NCBI GenBank assembly: GCA_036172245.1
Contig: JAYWIR010000022.1
Span: 310,001-374,000, forward strand
DNA: 64,000 bases
Source: Raillietiella orientalis
Taxonomy: Eukaryota
Direction: 5' to 3'
In this document: piece by piece, positions 50,541 through 63,024 of the stretch
Numbering within the stretch: position 1 is the stretch's first letter
How the letters are laid out: the number at the start of each line of letters is the position of its first letter
Position numbers and translations under genes: made by a program
The notes under the pieces: model-generated
What the model was told of the DNA's origin: nothing
The model's input: only the letters and a program-made list of their open reading frames with translations
Database searches by the model: none

Positions 50541-52200
50541 TTTCCCCAAGTCCCACAGGGGGTGGGGTGAATTTATTTTCTTTGATCATTTACTCTAGGT
50601 ATTCATGCATTCGTTTTCTACAGTTACTTCACTTATATCTCCTGGGATTATCACTGAGGTTCACTACACTTGGGGAACTGGGAGTCGTTTATTCCTGGAC
50701 GTTGTCCTCAATCCTTCTCAGGATTGTCGGTAGTTCCGGGCCTGTACTCTTCCACAGCTTCTTATGCCGATCTCCTTCTGGATGAGTCCTTTCAGGATTT
50801 CCATTGGAGATACGGCGGTCCTGGTGGTCTTCATCTTCCACCACCGCACACGGATGGCGGTGGTGAAGAGGGCGATGGTCATCCTTACCATGGGATTGTA
50901 ACAGGGAACGTTCCCATTTTCTCGGGAGATGCCTCCTGAAATTCCCATGGTCGATGTGGTGGGCAGCCCGATTATCCTTTTGAGGGTGTGCCACTCTTGT
51001 TGCATCGTGGGACAGGTGAAGACGTGGAGTCTTGTATCTTTGTCTCCACATGCTTTGCAGTCTTCATCTGCTCTTCTCCTCCCGTGACACGCTTCATGGT
51101 TGTCCCGCACAGGATTCCTCCATGATAAAACATCAGGAGGTTATCCTGTGTATCCGGTGACAAGTCACTCTTCCAGAGCGTCGTTCCGATCGCCAACAGG
51201 TGAATCCAGGAAGGCTCGGAGTCCGTTCCTCTCACGCTTGGGGAGGAATCCCCCCCGGACGGGAGGGATCGCACCTCCCACCCTGGTTGTCTCCGAATGG
51301 GAACCCCGAAGGAAATCTCCTTCCTCATTCTCTCCGGAGGGACCCCCCGGAGAGGGGTGGTCCTCTCCATTTCAACTTCTCCGAAGGGAACCCGGAAAGG
51401 ATCCTCTTGTAGGAATTTCTTCTCCGGAGGGAGCCCGCAAGGGAACGGCTCCTGTTCACTCCTCTGAAGAGAACCCCGAAGGGACGCTTCCGAAACTCAG
51501 AAGGGGCGCTACAGCTTCCCGCAGGGAATCGCTCTCGCTTGCTTCCTTGTGCACACTCTGTGAAGAGGCGACGACTCGGAGGGTCCATCTGCATCAGGGG
51601 AGTCCGCTCCTTTGAACAACTGGAGAGGTGCCTGTGAAGGCTCCTGCTCCATCTTGAAACCGGAGGGGTCTCCCCGGTGAGGGAGGTCTGCTCTCCGTTG
51701 CACGACAGGAGGGGGAACTTCCCACTCCTTTATTCCTGGGAGGACCCGAAGGTCGACTCCCATTGTTCCGGCCTTCACCGGAAGGCCGCCGGCTTTTTCC
51801 ACCGCCGGTGCCACGCCCGAATGATTAGGCCAACCAGCGCCATTGCAGGAGAAACTCGGAACCCAACGGCGAAGTGGCGTCAATTTATCTGCCGCAGTAT
51901 TTGAATCCGCGACACATGGTGCCACGAGCGGAAGCCTCAGCCACAAAGCCTCCTACGCGGGAAAGGAAACACTCGATACCGACAAGAAGGTGGTTTCCTG
52001 CTTTCGACAAGTCCACTCCCCAAGAAAGACTTCTTTTCTGCTTGCAACCGCTCGTGAGAATTTTCTGAAGTCCACGGTTCCTTGGGTCACCTTTGACGAA
52101 CCCATTTTTGCAAACTTCAAGAACTCCAAGTAATGCTTTGATATAGGCAAATGAACCATGAACAATTTTGAATTAATCTTTCTTTCCTTCGATGCCATAT
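50541..52200 (-). mobile_element. 5'-truncated L1/Tx1-like element: family A body joined to a distinct C-terminus and 3' UTR
   Basis: 51200-51900 is collinear with 21400-21990. It continues LWKSDLSPDTQDNLLMFYHGG..CKACGDKDTRLHVFTCP (CCHC), then a UTR and AATAAA (minus strand) at 50572-50577. Confidence 0.85.
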
Positions 52201-52874
52201 CTACAGAGCCATAAAAACATTTTCCTTGCTTGTATACGCATGTATTGTATTATTATTTTTAAGTAACAAGTTCGAATCGGGAATGAAAAATCAGTTGAAA
52301 AAAGTCATGTACATACAGTACATTGCAAAGACTGCTACTTTTAAGCAGTCGTGTCATATGCTATGACACCGTGAACAACTTGCAGGGCGCCAATTACGAC
52401 GTCTTTCACTCAAGAGCAGCACAGAGAGTCAATCACGGTATTGTACATGTACAGCATGCAATCGGATTATTCTGATGCTTTTCCAAATGGAAAGATTTCC
52501 TACCTTTTGACAGTCTTAACCACTTCCTATGTGTTCATGAGTATGTACATACATTTGTACGTAGCTGTCTACAGGTATGAGAGCGACCACCATAAATTTG
52601 CACATCTTTTAGGGTTTGCACAATTTCAGATTCCCATGGCTCCCAAATGAGGGGGATTTTCCAAATGACAAATTATGACAAACAAATGAAAAGATCCAGC
52701 CATGTCCCAGAATGACTGCATTCCTCATGATTATGTAATGGGTTGCCACTTTTAAGGAAAGTATTTTCAAAGGATAAAATGAAGGATTATGTGGCAAATG
52801 CTCTTTGGCAATTCTTGAATGAGAGCGTTGCTTCTAGGAAAAGACTCTTGTGAAAGGTGGTCCACAGGCGTTCA

Positions 52875-53170
52875 CGGTAACTTCTAGCCAGTTTGATCGG
52901 GGAGGCTCCCACCCTACCCCCACACCATGCCCCCCCTTTTTTTTTTCTTTTTGGCGTCCCTAATTTTAGTTGCTCCAAGATATGGGAAGAAGAACACAGA
53001 GAAAGGAAGCAGCTCAGTTATTTTGAAGTTCCACAAAGTTTCGTTCCCAAAATTCTCGTGGACTCGGGCGGGGGTCCGAAGACCCCGTGCTGAACGGGGC
53101 GCGGCAGCCCCTGCGGCGCGCGGGTAGGGAGTGGGGGCGAGCCATGGGAGCTCCCCGACGGGGTCCCACC
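52875..53170. other. GC-rich, hairpin-dense segment; degenerate non-autonomous DNA transposon (MITE-like) or structured RNA
   Basis: ggggtc-cgaa-gacccc, ccccgt-gctga-acgggg and cccc-gac-gggg stems, plus a catgcccccc / poly-T block reminiscent of invertebrate MITE subtermini. No clear TIR or TSD found. Confidence 0.35.
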
Positions 53171-53470
53171 ATCGTGAACCTCTCATCCTTGCTGAAGGAC
53201 CGGGAGAGCAAACGACTGCGGTTTCAATGCCCGCAGGTGCCGAGTGACAAAGCGTGGCAGGAAACACAGTAAGGAGTGCCCAGAATTCATGCGAATCAGT
53301 GGGACTGCTGACTCTGTGTACACGATTTGTGTGATCCTTGTGATCGTACGAATTGGATAGACATCCGTAAGGTGTAGGGTGAATAGGGGTTTGCGTTGGT
53401 ACAAAAATTCGCGTAAGCCGCAGACATTCCTTGGTGCAGCAAGTGCCACCTTCACTCTTTGGTAGCGTTA

Positions 53471-54330
53471 ATGACTGCGGTGAGAGAATTCGGGAAACCA
53501 CATACTTGAAAGTTGTGTGAAAATTTTCAGGATACCAAGGATTCTTTCTGGAGGAAGTGTGGGGTTGTAGCCGGTTATGCTACTGGCGGAATCGCCATTT
53601 GCGTTTCTCTGCTTTCAGTCCCATTTCTAACGCCGGCTCTACGTAAAATTTGTTTGCCGTTTATTCCAGCCACAAGTGAACAGATTCAAAACGTTTTGAA
53701 GCTTATTAGAAGAAACAGGATTGAACCTCCCATAATCGATTTGGGCAGTGGTGATGGTCGAGTTGTGAGTACACATTCTAAGCAATGCCTAGCAATCTGT
53801 CAACATTTTGTCCACAACATATGGGTATTCTTTTCACCATTGTGGCAGTATTTCTTTTGATGGAATCTATGCAACACCACCCCTAGTAAATTGCATACGA
53901 TTGATTTTTCTCCAGGTATTTGCTCTTTCCGCTGCCGGAATGCATACTACAGGAGTTGAGCTGAATTCTTGCCTTTACTTTTACTGCCTTATGCAAAAAT
54001 TGATTTTTCGTTCCACCAGAAGCAGTTTCTTAAGGAGAAATTTGTGGCATGTTGATCTTTCCAAGTATAAGACAGTAGTTATATTCGGAGTCCCAGAAAT
54101 GGTAGGCACTCTTGCTTTCTGGCTAATTTTCACATAAGTTTTCTGAGAAATTTTATGATGATGTATAAGAGATTATTTTGCAGATGGAAGTGCTTGAAAA
54201 AAAGCTTAATAAAGAGTTATTACCAAATGCATGTGTCATAGCCAGTCGTTCACAGCTCCCAAACTGGCCTGCTGAAGACCAAGAAGGAACTGGCACAAAT
54301 GTGGCATGGCTTCACCGTAAACTCTATTAA
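53471..54330 (+). CDS. ATPSCKMT: FAM173-family mitochondrial lysine N-methyltransferase (ATP synthase subunit c KMT-like), about 191 aa
   Basis: Exons 53471-53479 (tentative), 53531-53764, 53916-54101 and 54184-54330, all phase 0. TM segment, then PALRKICLPFIPAT..Q..NV, SAM-binding motif IDLGSGDGRV, GVELN, VVIFGVPEMM..LEKKL..EL. Confidence 0.92.
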
Positions 54331-57300
54331 CTTGCCAGGACATCATAGTTTCTTGTGGAGATACAATGCTTTTGCTTCACTGGTTTCAGCTCTACAGAAC
54401 TTGCTGTAAAGAATTTGCAGGGCAGCATATCCATGGATCTGCAATGCAGATATCAAATGACTTGCACCGACAGGTGCAAGTCAAATGAGACTCTGGTAAA
54501 GTAAGGTCATGGAAGGCCCAGACGTACAATGCTAAACTAAAAAAACAAAAAACTAGGCCTTGAGCTAACAACAATCATTGCTTTTACTTGCACATTTCTT
54601 GCTGGAGTATGAAAGTTCAGCAATTTTTTTTTTTTTTTCCCAATCCACCCTGATGGCACTTCTGCATTAGAAGTGAATGGGTAAATGTTATCTTAGCATG
54701 AACTCATGTGCAACTCAAAGTTAAAAACGTTTACATTTGTGCTACTACAACTTTGCCAACATCACAGTCAAAGACTAACACCAATTCAATCACCTCTGAA
54801 TTCACCACTGAAACAAAAACATAACAACCTGGTGAGCTAATGTGTTGCTAACTGACAACCAGGACAGCCTGAGCAACAGTATTCAACAAAAACAGCTGAA
54901 GCAAACGGTGATGCAAACATACCAAAGAAAAGTTTCCTGTTTTTGGCTTTTTTGAATTAGGCAGCCTTTTTTGCCAGATATTGTGTAAGTCTACTGCATG
55001 GTTTCCTGATACATGCCAAATTTTAAGAGAGTTGGAAATGACATGCATTCAAAAGAAGGCACAGCAGTCACAACACCGAGTTGCACTATAGATGGTTACT
55101 TAATCATCTACATCGCAACTTGGTGTATAGGTAAGTCAAATACTCTATGGTGAACCAAATAAATGGCCCACAATGCATCAGCAAAGCAAGTATCTGACTC
55201 AAAAGAGACATTGATATGCAAGAATGTATTTATCACTTGCATGAAAAGAAATGCTACAAATCAAGAACATTTGAATATTTTATCAATGAAAAGGCACAAC
55301 ATGAGTACTCTTTGCACATGAGACATGTTATGTCATCATGAGTTTTACCATATAGCTCATGCTTTATACCCAAGTACATCGAAATATTTTATGTAGAACT
55401 GTGATTCTGTACCATCTGTTGCCAGGCCAAATGGAGATTCCAACTTCCATGAATTGAGAAATGAATGTTATAAAATTTTAGAGGCTTCATAAACTTAGGC
55501 AGCCATCCTACAGGCTGCATGAAGTGATGCCAATGTGTTAATGCATACCTGTACAGCATCTGGTAAGGTGTATCTAAGACCAACTGATTGGTTGCAATTT
55601 CAATAAAGAAGCCAACAGCTGTTAACATTAATCCCACAGCATGAACATATACAAATAACAGCATTGCCTGTTGTTATTTGTGTAACCAAAGCATGATTGC
55701 TCAAGTATTCAAATGATTCTGTTTGAGTCCAATATGGTTGTAGACCAAATGTAATCAATTCAAAGAGTGGGAAAATGTAAGCCATGCTGATTACTTTTGT
55801 GATCAAAGACTTCAAAATATGGTGATATACACTGCATACTGTGAAATGCCTATAGGCATTAAAGTCAACAATTGTGGATAGCTGAGTCTGATTAATTACC
55901 GCTAACAGCTGTTAGATACCTATAAAAGTCTTAATTTTTTGTAGGCTCATGACTAACATATTCTAAAAATTCGACAGATGAAACCATAAAAAATGAGGAC
56001 CTAATGTGGTGTTTCTGAGATCCAAGAATACATGCTACATCAAAATTTTTGCACAGCTGTTGAATGCACCTGAAAACAATTGCCAAGTCAATGATGAATT
56101 GGTGAAATTCAGCTTGCACCATGCTACTAGCCAGCAGAGATTGTTTCTAATGAGAAACATGCATCCTGTAGGCCTTCTTCAATGTTATCAATGACCTGAG
56201 TACTAAATTTGTGTGACCTGTTAAAAAGTGCACAAATGGCATGAAAGCTTCTCAATTCTATCCACCTACTTTGGATCATACTGAAGCACCTTTGTCTGGC
56301 CAGAGATCGAATTTTTGTAAACAAGCCATCGTTTAAAATATAAAACTTCAAAATGCCAAACAATAAAAAATAACTAGCTTTTCTTATATGCATTAAGAAA
56401 TGATTGTGAAGCAATTCTAGCTCTGAATCATCAAACCCCAACATTTTAAGTAATTTCATTTATGGAAAATGATGTGGATTTGCATTTACTTTGCCAGCTT
56501 CGAGATTAATAAATTTAAAAACGTCTTTGAAATAAATACTATTTTTATGATCAAGGTATGTTTTCTTGCTTGTAAAAAGTGCATAAGCCTTTTAGATGCT
56601 TCACACACTCTTCCATGGTTATTTGAGGATGACAATGATTTGCCCTTTTTCATACCCATTTGGTTTGGTTACTGCCACTTGTCAAACGGCGAGTCTGAGG
56701 ATATCTTCGCGCAGCACGCATCGACTAACACGGGTGCATAACCAAATGTACATGAGGACAAAAGCTCTTCCTGTGGGAAGCTACTAATAGGGAGGAAAAC
56801 AACTTATGCTTACGCTGCATAGTTAAACCGATATTTCATTACAAGAAGCATTTCACTTCCTTAAACAGATTGCATGTAATAATACCTAACTAAAACTAAA
56901 ACTAAAACTGCAATAGTAGACAGATGCAAACCACTGTATGGCACTGCGCATCACGTTACCGAAATGAAAATCCATGAATATATATGAATATATGAGAAAA
57001 CTGAACTCTTTGCAAGCAAAACCAATTACACACGATACTGATTCACACCAAAGTGCCAATCCCTTCTGATGCAGAAGTGCCAAATTGTGAAAGATCAAAA
57101 ATTGACGAATAAACAGGATCTCTGCACACTGAAACCTTGACAGCCACATTTACAACCTAAATAAAGCTGCTCCCTGTGATATTCTTTAGCAAATCAAGAA
57201 TTATCTTGTATTCTTTATGGAAAATTTTTTTATATTGTATAACCACAAGTTCAGTGAGAAATTCATTCAAAAGAATTTCAAGAACAATGGATTTGCCTTA

Positions 57301-57589
57301 AGACAGATTGCTTCTAATAACACTTCCATAAACTGAGATGAATTTAAGTAGCTTCATTCTTCAACTTTGCCGAAAAAAAATTTCCTAGTAATAAGATCAG
57401 ATGAACTTGTTTTGACGTGTCTGCTCAATTTCGGAAGCCAGAAATCGTTCTCTGTATGGCGATTAAAACAAATAAACGGATTTATTAGCATTTTGTAAAT
57501 ACATAATTGTAGAAGAGGAAATAAAACAAATGAAAGGGAGCTCCAACCAATACCTCCTTCTCTTGTCTCTTCATTTCAACTCTTCCTGA

Positions 57590-59350
57590 GATTTTCTCAG
57601 GTCGTTTCATGACGAGCAGTACTTCCAGGGAAATTTTTATTAAGCAAACGAGAAGCCTGGAGCAACTTCAGACGAGTGTGTTCCAAATTGCCGGAAGGAA
57701 AGGGAAGAAAGTTCTCCACAAGCTTGACAGTTTTATGAAACAGCTTCTTCAGTCTGGCGCAGCTGGATGACCCACGTGATGCCCATTACATCAGACAGAA
57801 GTACTGGGTGTTTCTGGGGATTATGTCTTTAGTCAGGTATAATCTATGTGTGCTACAGTTCCTTCAGACTCTTCTCATTGACCCTTTCCAGGCTCTGAGA
57901 GACCCGAACACGAGACAGACACTCTAAAGGGGAAGAACACAGTCAGGCCTCAGTATTCGTTCTCCTTCCTTTTTCTTGCATCTCCCGAAGACTCTGACTG
58001 GTCTTCGAAAAAGCAGATTATGTTTTCGAAGGAGATGGAAGGATCAGTTCGGGTGTGATGACGCGATCTTCTCTTTGAACTACCAGGCCTAGTTGAACAC
58101 TTAATCTCATCCTACGTATGGAATGACGGTGAGAAGCTTTCATCGAAGTACCGCCATTCACTTGATCTCTCATCTAGGAAGTTGGGAAAGTCAACGTACA
58201 CATCCTCGGGATCAGTCAACGTGTAGATACTTGTTTGCCACTCTTCTCGGCATGGCCAAGGTCCTTTTTTTTAACTGCGGATAAACATTGATGTGTAAAA
58301 AGGTTCATCCTGCTTTCTCAAATATTCCGAGTCCTTGACAAGGGGGCGAGACTCGATCAGTGGGAACTCACAGGCTCCATCTTTTGCCACAGGGAGAGGG
58401 CAAATTTCAGGATGCTGGTTGTTTCTCCACCAGCAGTTGCTTGGAGGATTTGGCCGACAATATTTTAAATCCAACTGATTTTCTGAGGAGTTTGTATGCG
58501 CCACTAGACTGAAGAGTCTTCCTGAATATTGAAGGTAGTCTCTGGCTTCTCTCGGAGGTGGAGCTTCAAAGTACAGGGAAGCGCTCTTGGTTGTGCTGAT
58601 GACAAGCCTAACTCCATCGCAGTCTGTCGAGCATCTCCAGATGCATATGTAACCCATCTTCTGAATCCGTCAGCAGAGTCAGATCATCTGCGGATGATAG
58701 GAAGATTTCCCTCCAAAGGACTCCAGATTCCTCCTGCCTACTCAAGATGGGCTCCATGGCTACTCTGGGAAGCAGGGAACTCAATGGGCATATCTGCTTG
58801 ACTTCCCTCAATACTTGTATGCTCTTTGTAGACTGGGATTCGGATTGAACTGCAGTGATTGTATTTGTGTAGATTATCGATTCAAGGCGTTCTCCAGCCC
58901 CGCTTCCGTGCGAACACCATGCAGGAATTCGTGCGGCACTGTGGCGAAGGCAAACGTCTATGAATGCCAGGAGCATATCCAGGGATTCTCTTGCATTATC
59001 TAGTCTGGATTGCAAACTAAGTTTTGCCCTGGACACCGGTTCCCATCCAAAAGCATTAGTGGCTGGAGATCTGGGAGCTAAAATAGCACTTTTCGAGCAC
59101 TTCCAACTCATGAGTTGTCTCCATTAGAAGACATATTAAACACGTGTGAATTCCGTGTCTGGGTCAACAGGTATGGCATAAGAAATTCCATAGTAACCGG
59201 AGTTTCTGGTTTTTGTATAGGATGCGGGCAACCTCTTTGATTTTAAGGGATGTAAGGTCAACTGGAGGGCAGTATCCTTCCTGCCGATCATAATGCTTAT
59301 GGGATGTATTAGGTTCGCAGATTTCAAATACATTCTCAAACTATTATTAA
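57590..59350 (-). mobile_element. Decayed RLE-type (R2/NeSL-like) non-LTR retrotransposon, RT through zinc knuckle
   Basis: LDNARES..MLLAFID (motif 3), VLREVKQICPLSSLL...MEP (motif 4), SADDLTLLTDSEDGL...L (motif 5), YLQYSG (YLG), then CQACGE and ARHE. Many frameshifts and stops. Confidence 0.8.
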
Positions 59351-61206
59351 CATCGAGAGCTGGGATGCAACATTGCTTTATCGGAGCCGAGAATCAACCA
59401 CAAAATTCAAAAGCTTCATCCAACTTAGTGCACGGTGCTCTTCATGACCTAAATGCTCACTGACATACTCGCTGAGGATCAAGTTGATACTCCTTGTTCA
59501 TCAAATTTTAATTATTCTCGTTGTTTGCAAGTGCTGTTTAGAAAATGAGGCTCGCACTTTTCCAACATGAAGTACATCTTATTTTTCCACAGATATTTTC
59601 ATGTTAGAAAACTGACTCACCAAATGCCTTTTCCTCTTAGTCAGCCATGCATTGTTCAAACTTGGCAAGATAAAGAAGTTTCTGCAGAAAACCCATTGCC
59701 CCCAAATCTCTAAAACTAACTTGCGCAAAACCTCAAGTTTGGATTTTTAGAAACACGGATCATGTAAAAGAAACAGCTTCTTTTAGAAAGCACTGGAGAA
59801 GAATGAATCAATCTTAAGCTTTCGGAAATCTGCGACTTAAACCTTGAAGGCACATCACTTAAAGGAGGATGAAAGTGTACAAAATCGAAAATGAGATTTT
59901 CGCAAAAGCAACTGAAATGCTTTTCCTAGCCCTGTCTTTTGAAGCTTGGAGAGAAAAAGTCCAGCATCCGTATTTGCCCTGGTACCAATCCAGGCTCTTA
60001 CTTCCTTCTCCCTTTTAAGAAAAACAGTTTGAGCACATTGACTGGTGTCACATGTAAGGTCATATAATACCTAAAGAACATTGTGCATCATGTGAAACCT
60101 AGTCCGTTTGAAAAGACATTTTAAAACATGAATACACTTGCAGTCATTCTAATTATTCCCATTCTCCTCTTGTGTAAGCACAAATAAACTAAACCACACT
60201 CATCCCTACTAAAAGAAAGCATTCATTATTGGTGTTCACAAATTTTAAAGATGAGTTCATCTTGAATTCAGTAAAGATTTACGTACACCTTGTTACTCAT
60301 AACAGCTATTGTTAAATATGGAATAAACTGTCACTGCAAATTTGCTGGTCAAGTATTGGTACCTATCAATTATGGGTACTGATTCAGTTCTCTTTGGTTC
60401 AACAAGAAAAATCACAGCAAACACCAGTACATGTTTTTCTCCCCATGATGTGAAAAATGATGATTTACACACTTCTACAAAGGAAATACTGCTCCAAGTA
60501 ATTACTTCATGCACGAAAGAAAATATTCAAGACAAGAATAAGCTAAAAGTTAATTTGGCCACAAGTATCAGTTCTCTTGAGATTACATTCACTTAATGCC
60601 TCCATAAAAAATATTCTAAATTTTTAAAATCTCTTCTTACATTCCAAATGCACAAGCACAGTATTCTGTTTTCTTTCCTTAGGGTATTTTGATCTTTTTA
60701 GACTAATTTTAGTGTCTACTCTCTACTGAATGACATTCACTTCAGTTTTTACCATTAACCTCTGAATTGATGAAATGCAGGAAATGTGAATGCAAAATTA
60801 TTAGAAAAACAAAACAGTACAGAAGTTAATAAAATATAAAATATATTTTCGAGATGCTCTCAAAGATTACATAAACTGATAAGTCTGATACTTTCTCAGC
60901 ATAGATACACCATAATAGTGCACAAAAACATTACAAGGAAAACAAATGATTGTGGAAAATCTTATAGTTTACATAATTGTGACTAAACTTACAAATTAAG
61001 TAAATACCACTGAAAAATCAAACAAAAGCATTCGGATCATTTTGAACTCTATATTAAGAGCTAAAAAAATCAAATATCTGCATAGGATTTAATAAAACTG
61101 CTCCAAATAATAAAGATCTAAAAGTGCAATACAAATCCAACATTTGACAATATGTAAACATACAATAGGATTTTCAACAAATCTGCAGATGTTTTCCATT
61201 TAATGA

Positions 61207-62678
61207 TTAACTATTTAGATAAGGATGATATGCTGCAGTCATTGCAGACACACGTTCTCTAGGATTGTAAATTAACATAAGCTGAAGCATCAATGACGAT
61301 TATTTTCATAAACACATGGTTTCATACTTGCAACAGATCTTGACCTTGATTATCAAGAGTCAATATAGAAGCAATATCCTGTTTTGTCCATTTTGGAAAG
61401 GTAGATTTGTAGTCTGGCAGTTTGGTAACTCCTGGCCATATCTGTTCATCGGGAGTACCCAAAGTACGAAACATTCGAAACAACTGATCAATTTCTGAAT
61501 CACCAGGAAAAAGTGCTTTCAACATTATCTAAAACAAAAAACTGCATGGCAACGCAAAAGATCTTACCATTTCGGCAAATATGCAACCAATGCTCCACAC
61601 ATCTACTGCAGGTGTGTAAAATCGAGTACCCAGTAGGACTTCAGGTGCACGATACCATAATGTAACTACTTCACGTGTATAGGTACGTACAGGTAAGCTA
61701 AACACTCTTGCTAAGCCGAAATCCGCGATTTTCAGATTGCCCTTTCTATCAATAAGTAAATTTTGTGGTTTCAGATCCCTGTGCAACACTCGCTGTGCAT
61801 GACAGAATGCAGTTCCATCCAATAACTGTTTTAAATAACTCTAAAAGTTATACCTAAGAAGCAAAATACCCATAAACCTCTTCAATTTTTACCTTCACTA
61901 GTGGTAAAGGGATACCACCAGAAGGAGGAGAGTCCATGAATTTTTTCAAATCCTGATCCAAATACTCAAAGACTAAATACAGTTTTTTCTCTGCATGTAC
62001 TACATCCAAAAGCTGTACTATATTTGAATGATTAAGCTCTTTGAGGACGGAAATTTCACGGATGGCAGTACTTGGCACTCCTTCAGATTCCCTGAAAGTC
62101 TCAACATAACAATTGCTCTTTAATACATGCACAAATTAAAAAAATCAATAATACTCACCACTCAATATAACTTCTAGAAGACACATTCAGAAATGTAACA
62201 TAGGTACTGATCACTGTGATATGAATTACACTAACATAACAGCAGTGAAGTTCCTATGTCACCTAACTGCAAAAACTATTACTGTAGGTTAGATGCTAAA
62301 ATGTAAGCTGAATCCCATGGTGCTATGATCTCTTAAAATAGGAACATAACCTCCACAGAATAAAGCTAACATTTTTAACATAAAATGAAACATACATCAT
62401 GTACCTTGCACTAGTAGATCACAGATAAGAACATGTAGGTACTTGATCTGTGATATGTGTGATTAGCATACCACAGATGTAGTTCCTACAAAATCCTGCC
62501 AAATTTTAAAATACGCTTTAATCTAGCATGAAAATGCAAAAACAATTATTATAGATACCCACGCATCCAAACGAATTCTTTTTAACGCAATAATTCGTCC
62601 ATTAATTCTATCTACGGCTTTGTACACCACACCATATGTTCCTTCACCAATTTTCTCGATTTTCTGAAAACTTTCCAT
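61207..62678 (-). CDS. CDK2: Cyclin-dependent kinase 2 (PSTAIRE family), 287 aa, five coding exons
   Basis: Exons 62678-62563, 62091-61893, 61840-61568, 61528-61328 and 61281-61207 total 864 nt. [67 protein letters not shown] and [10 protein letters not shown] are present; QDLKKFMD favours CDK2 over CDK1. Confidence 0.95.
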
Positions 62679-62973
62679 TTGACTGTTCAGCTTTGGTTAT
62701 TTTTACTGCTTCTCATGGCAACTAAAAATACACAATACTATAACACAAGATAAAAGACATTAAAGTAATTTTTTGATAACATTATTAAATTACATACTTT
62801 TATAAGCAGGATTTCAATTTCCTTAGGACAGGGTGTCTGTTTGATTACCATACAAAAATAACATCAAAAAATTTACAACTAGTCACAACACGCTCACATA
62901 AACAAATCTGACCATAGCTTCACAATTTTTATAATTACCATGGGTTTAAACAATTTCCTAACCATTTTATCAG

Positions 62974-63024
62974 AGCGCGTTCCCGCGCTTATCTCTGAGA
63001 GATTATTGGTTCCAGTATGACGCA
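62974..63024 (-). promoter_or_regulatory. Candidate cell-cycle promoter module upstream of CDK2 (E2F-like, CCAAT, CRE-like)
   Basis: TTCCCGCG at 62980-62987, ATTGG (CCAAT on minus) at 63005-63009 and TGACGCA at 63018-63024, forming a small CpG patch in otherwise very AT-rich DNA about 300 nt upstream of the ATG. Confidence 0.55.

Noticed and set aside
54900..57400. Possible additional gene between the methyltransferase and the RLE element (ORFs 56127-56459, 55931-56122)
   Set aside because: No recognisable domain or consistent splice chain could be built; an unrecognised gene cannot be excluded.
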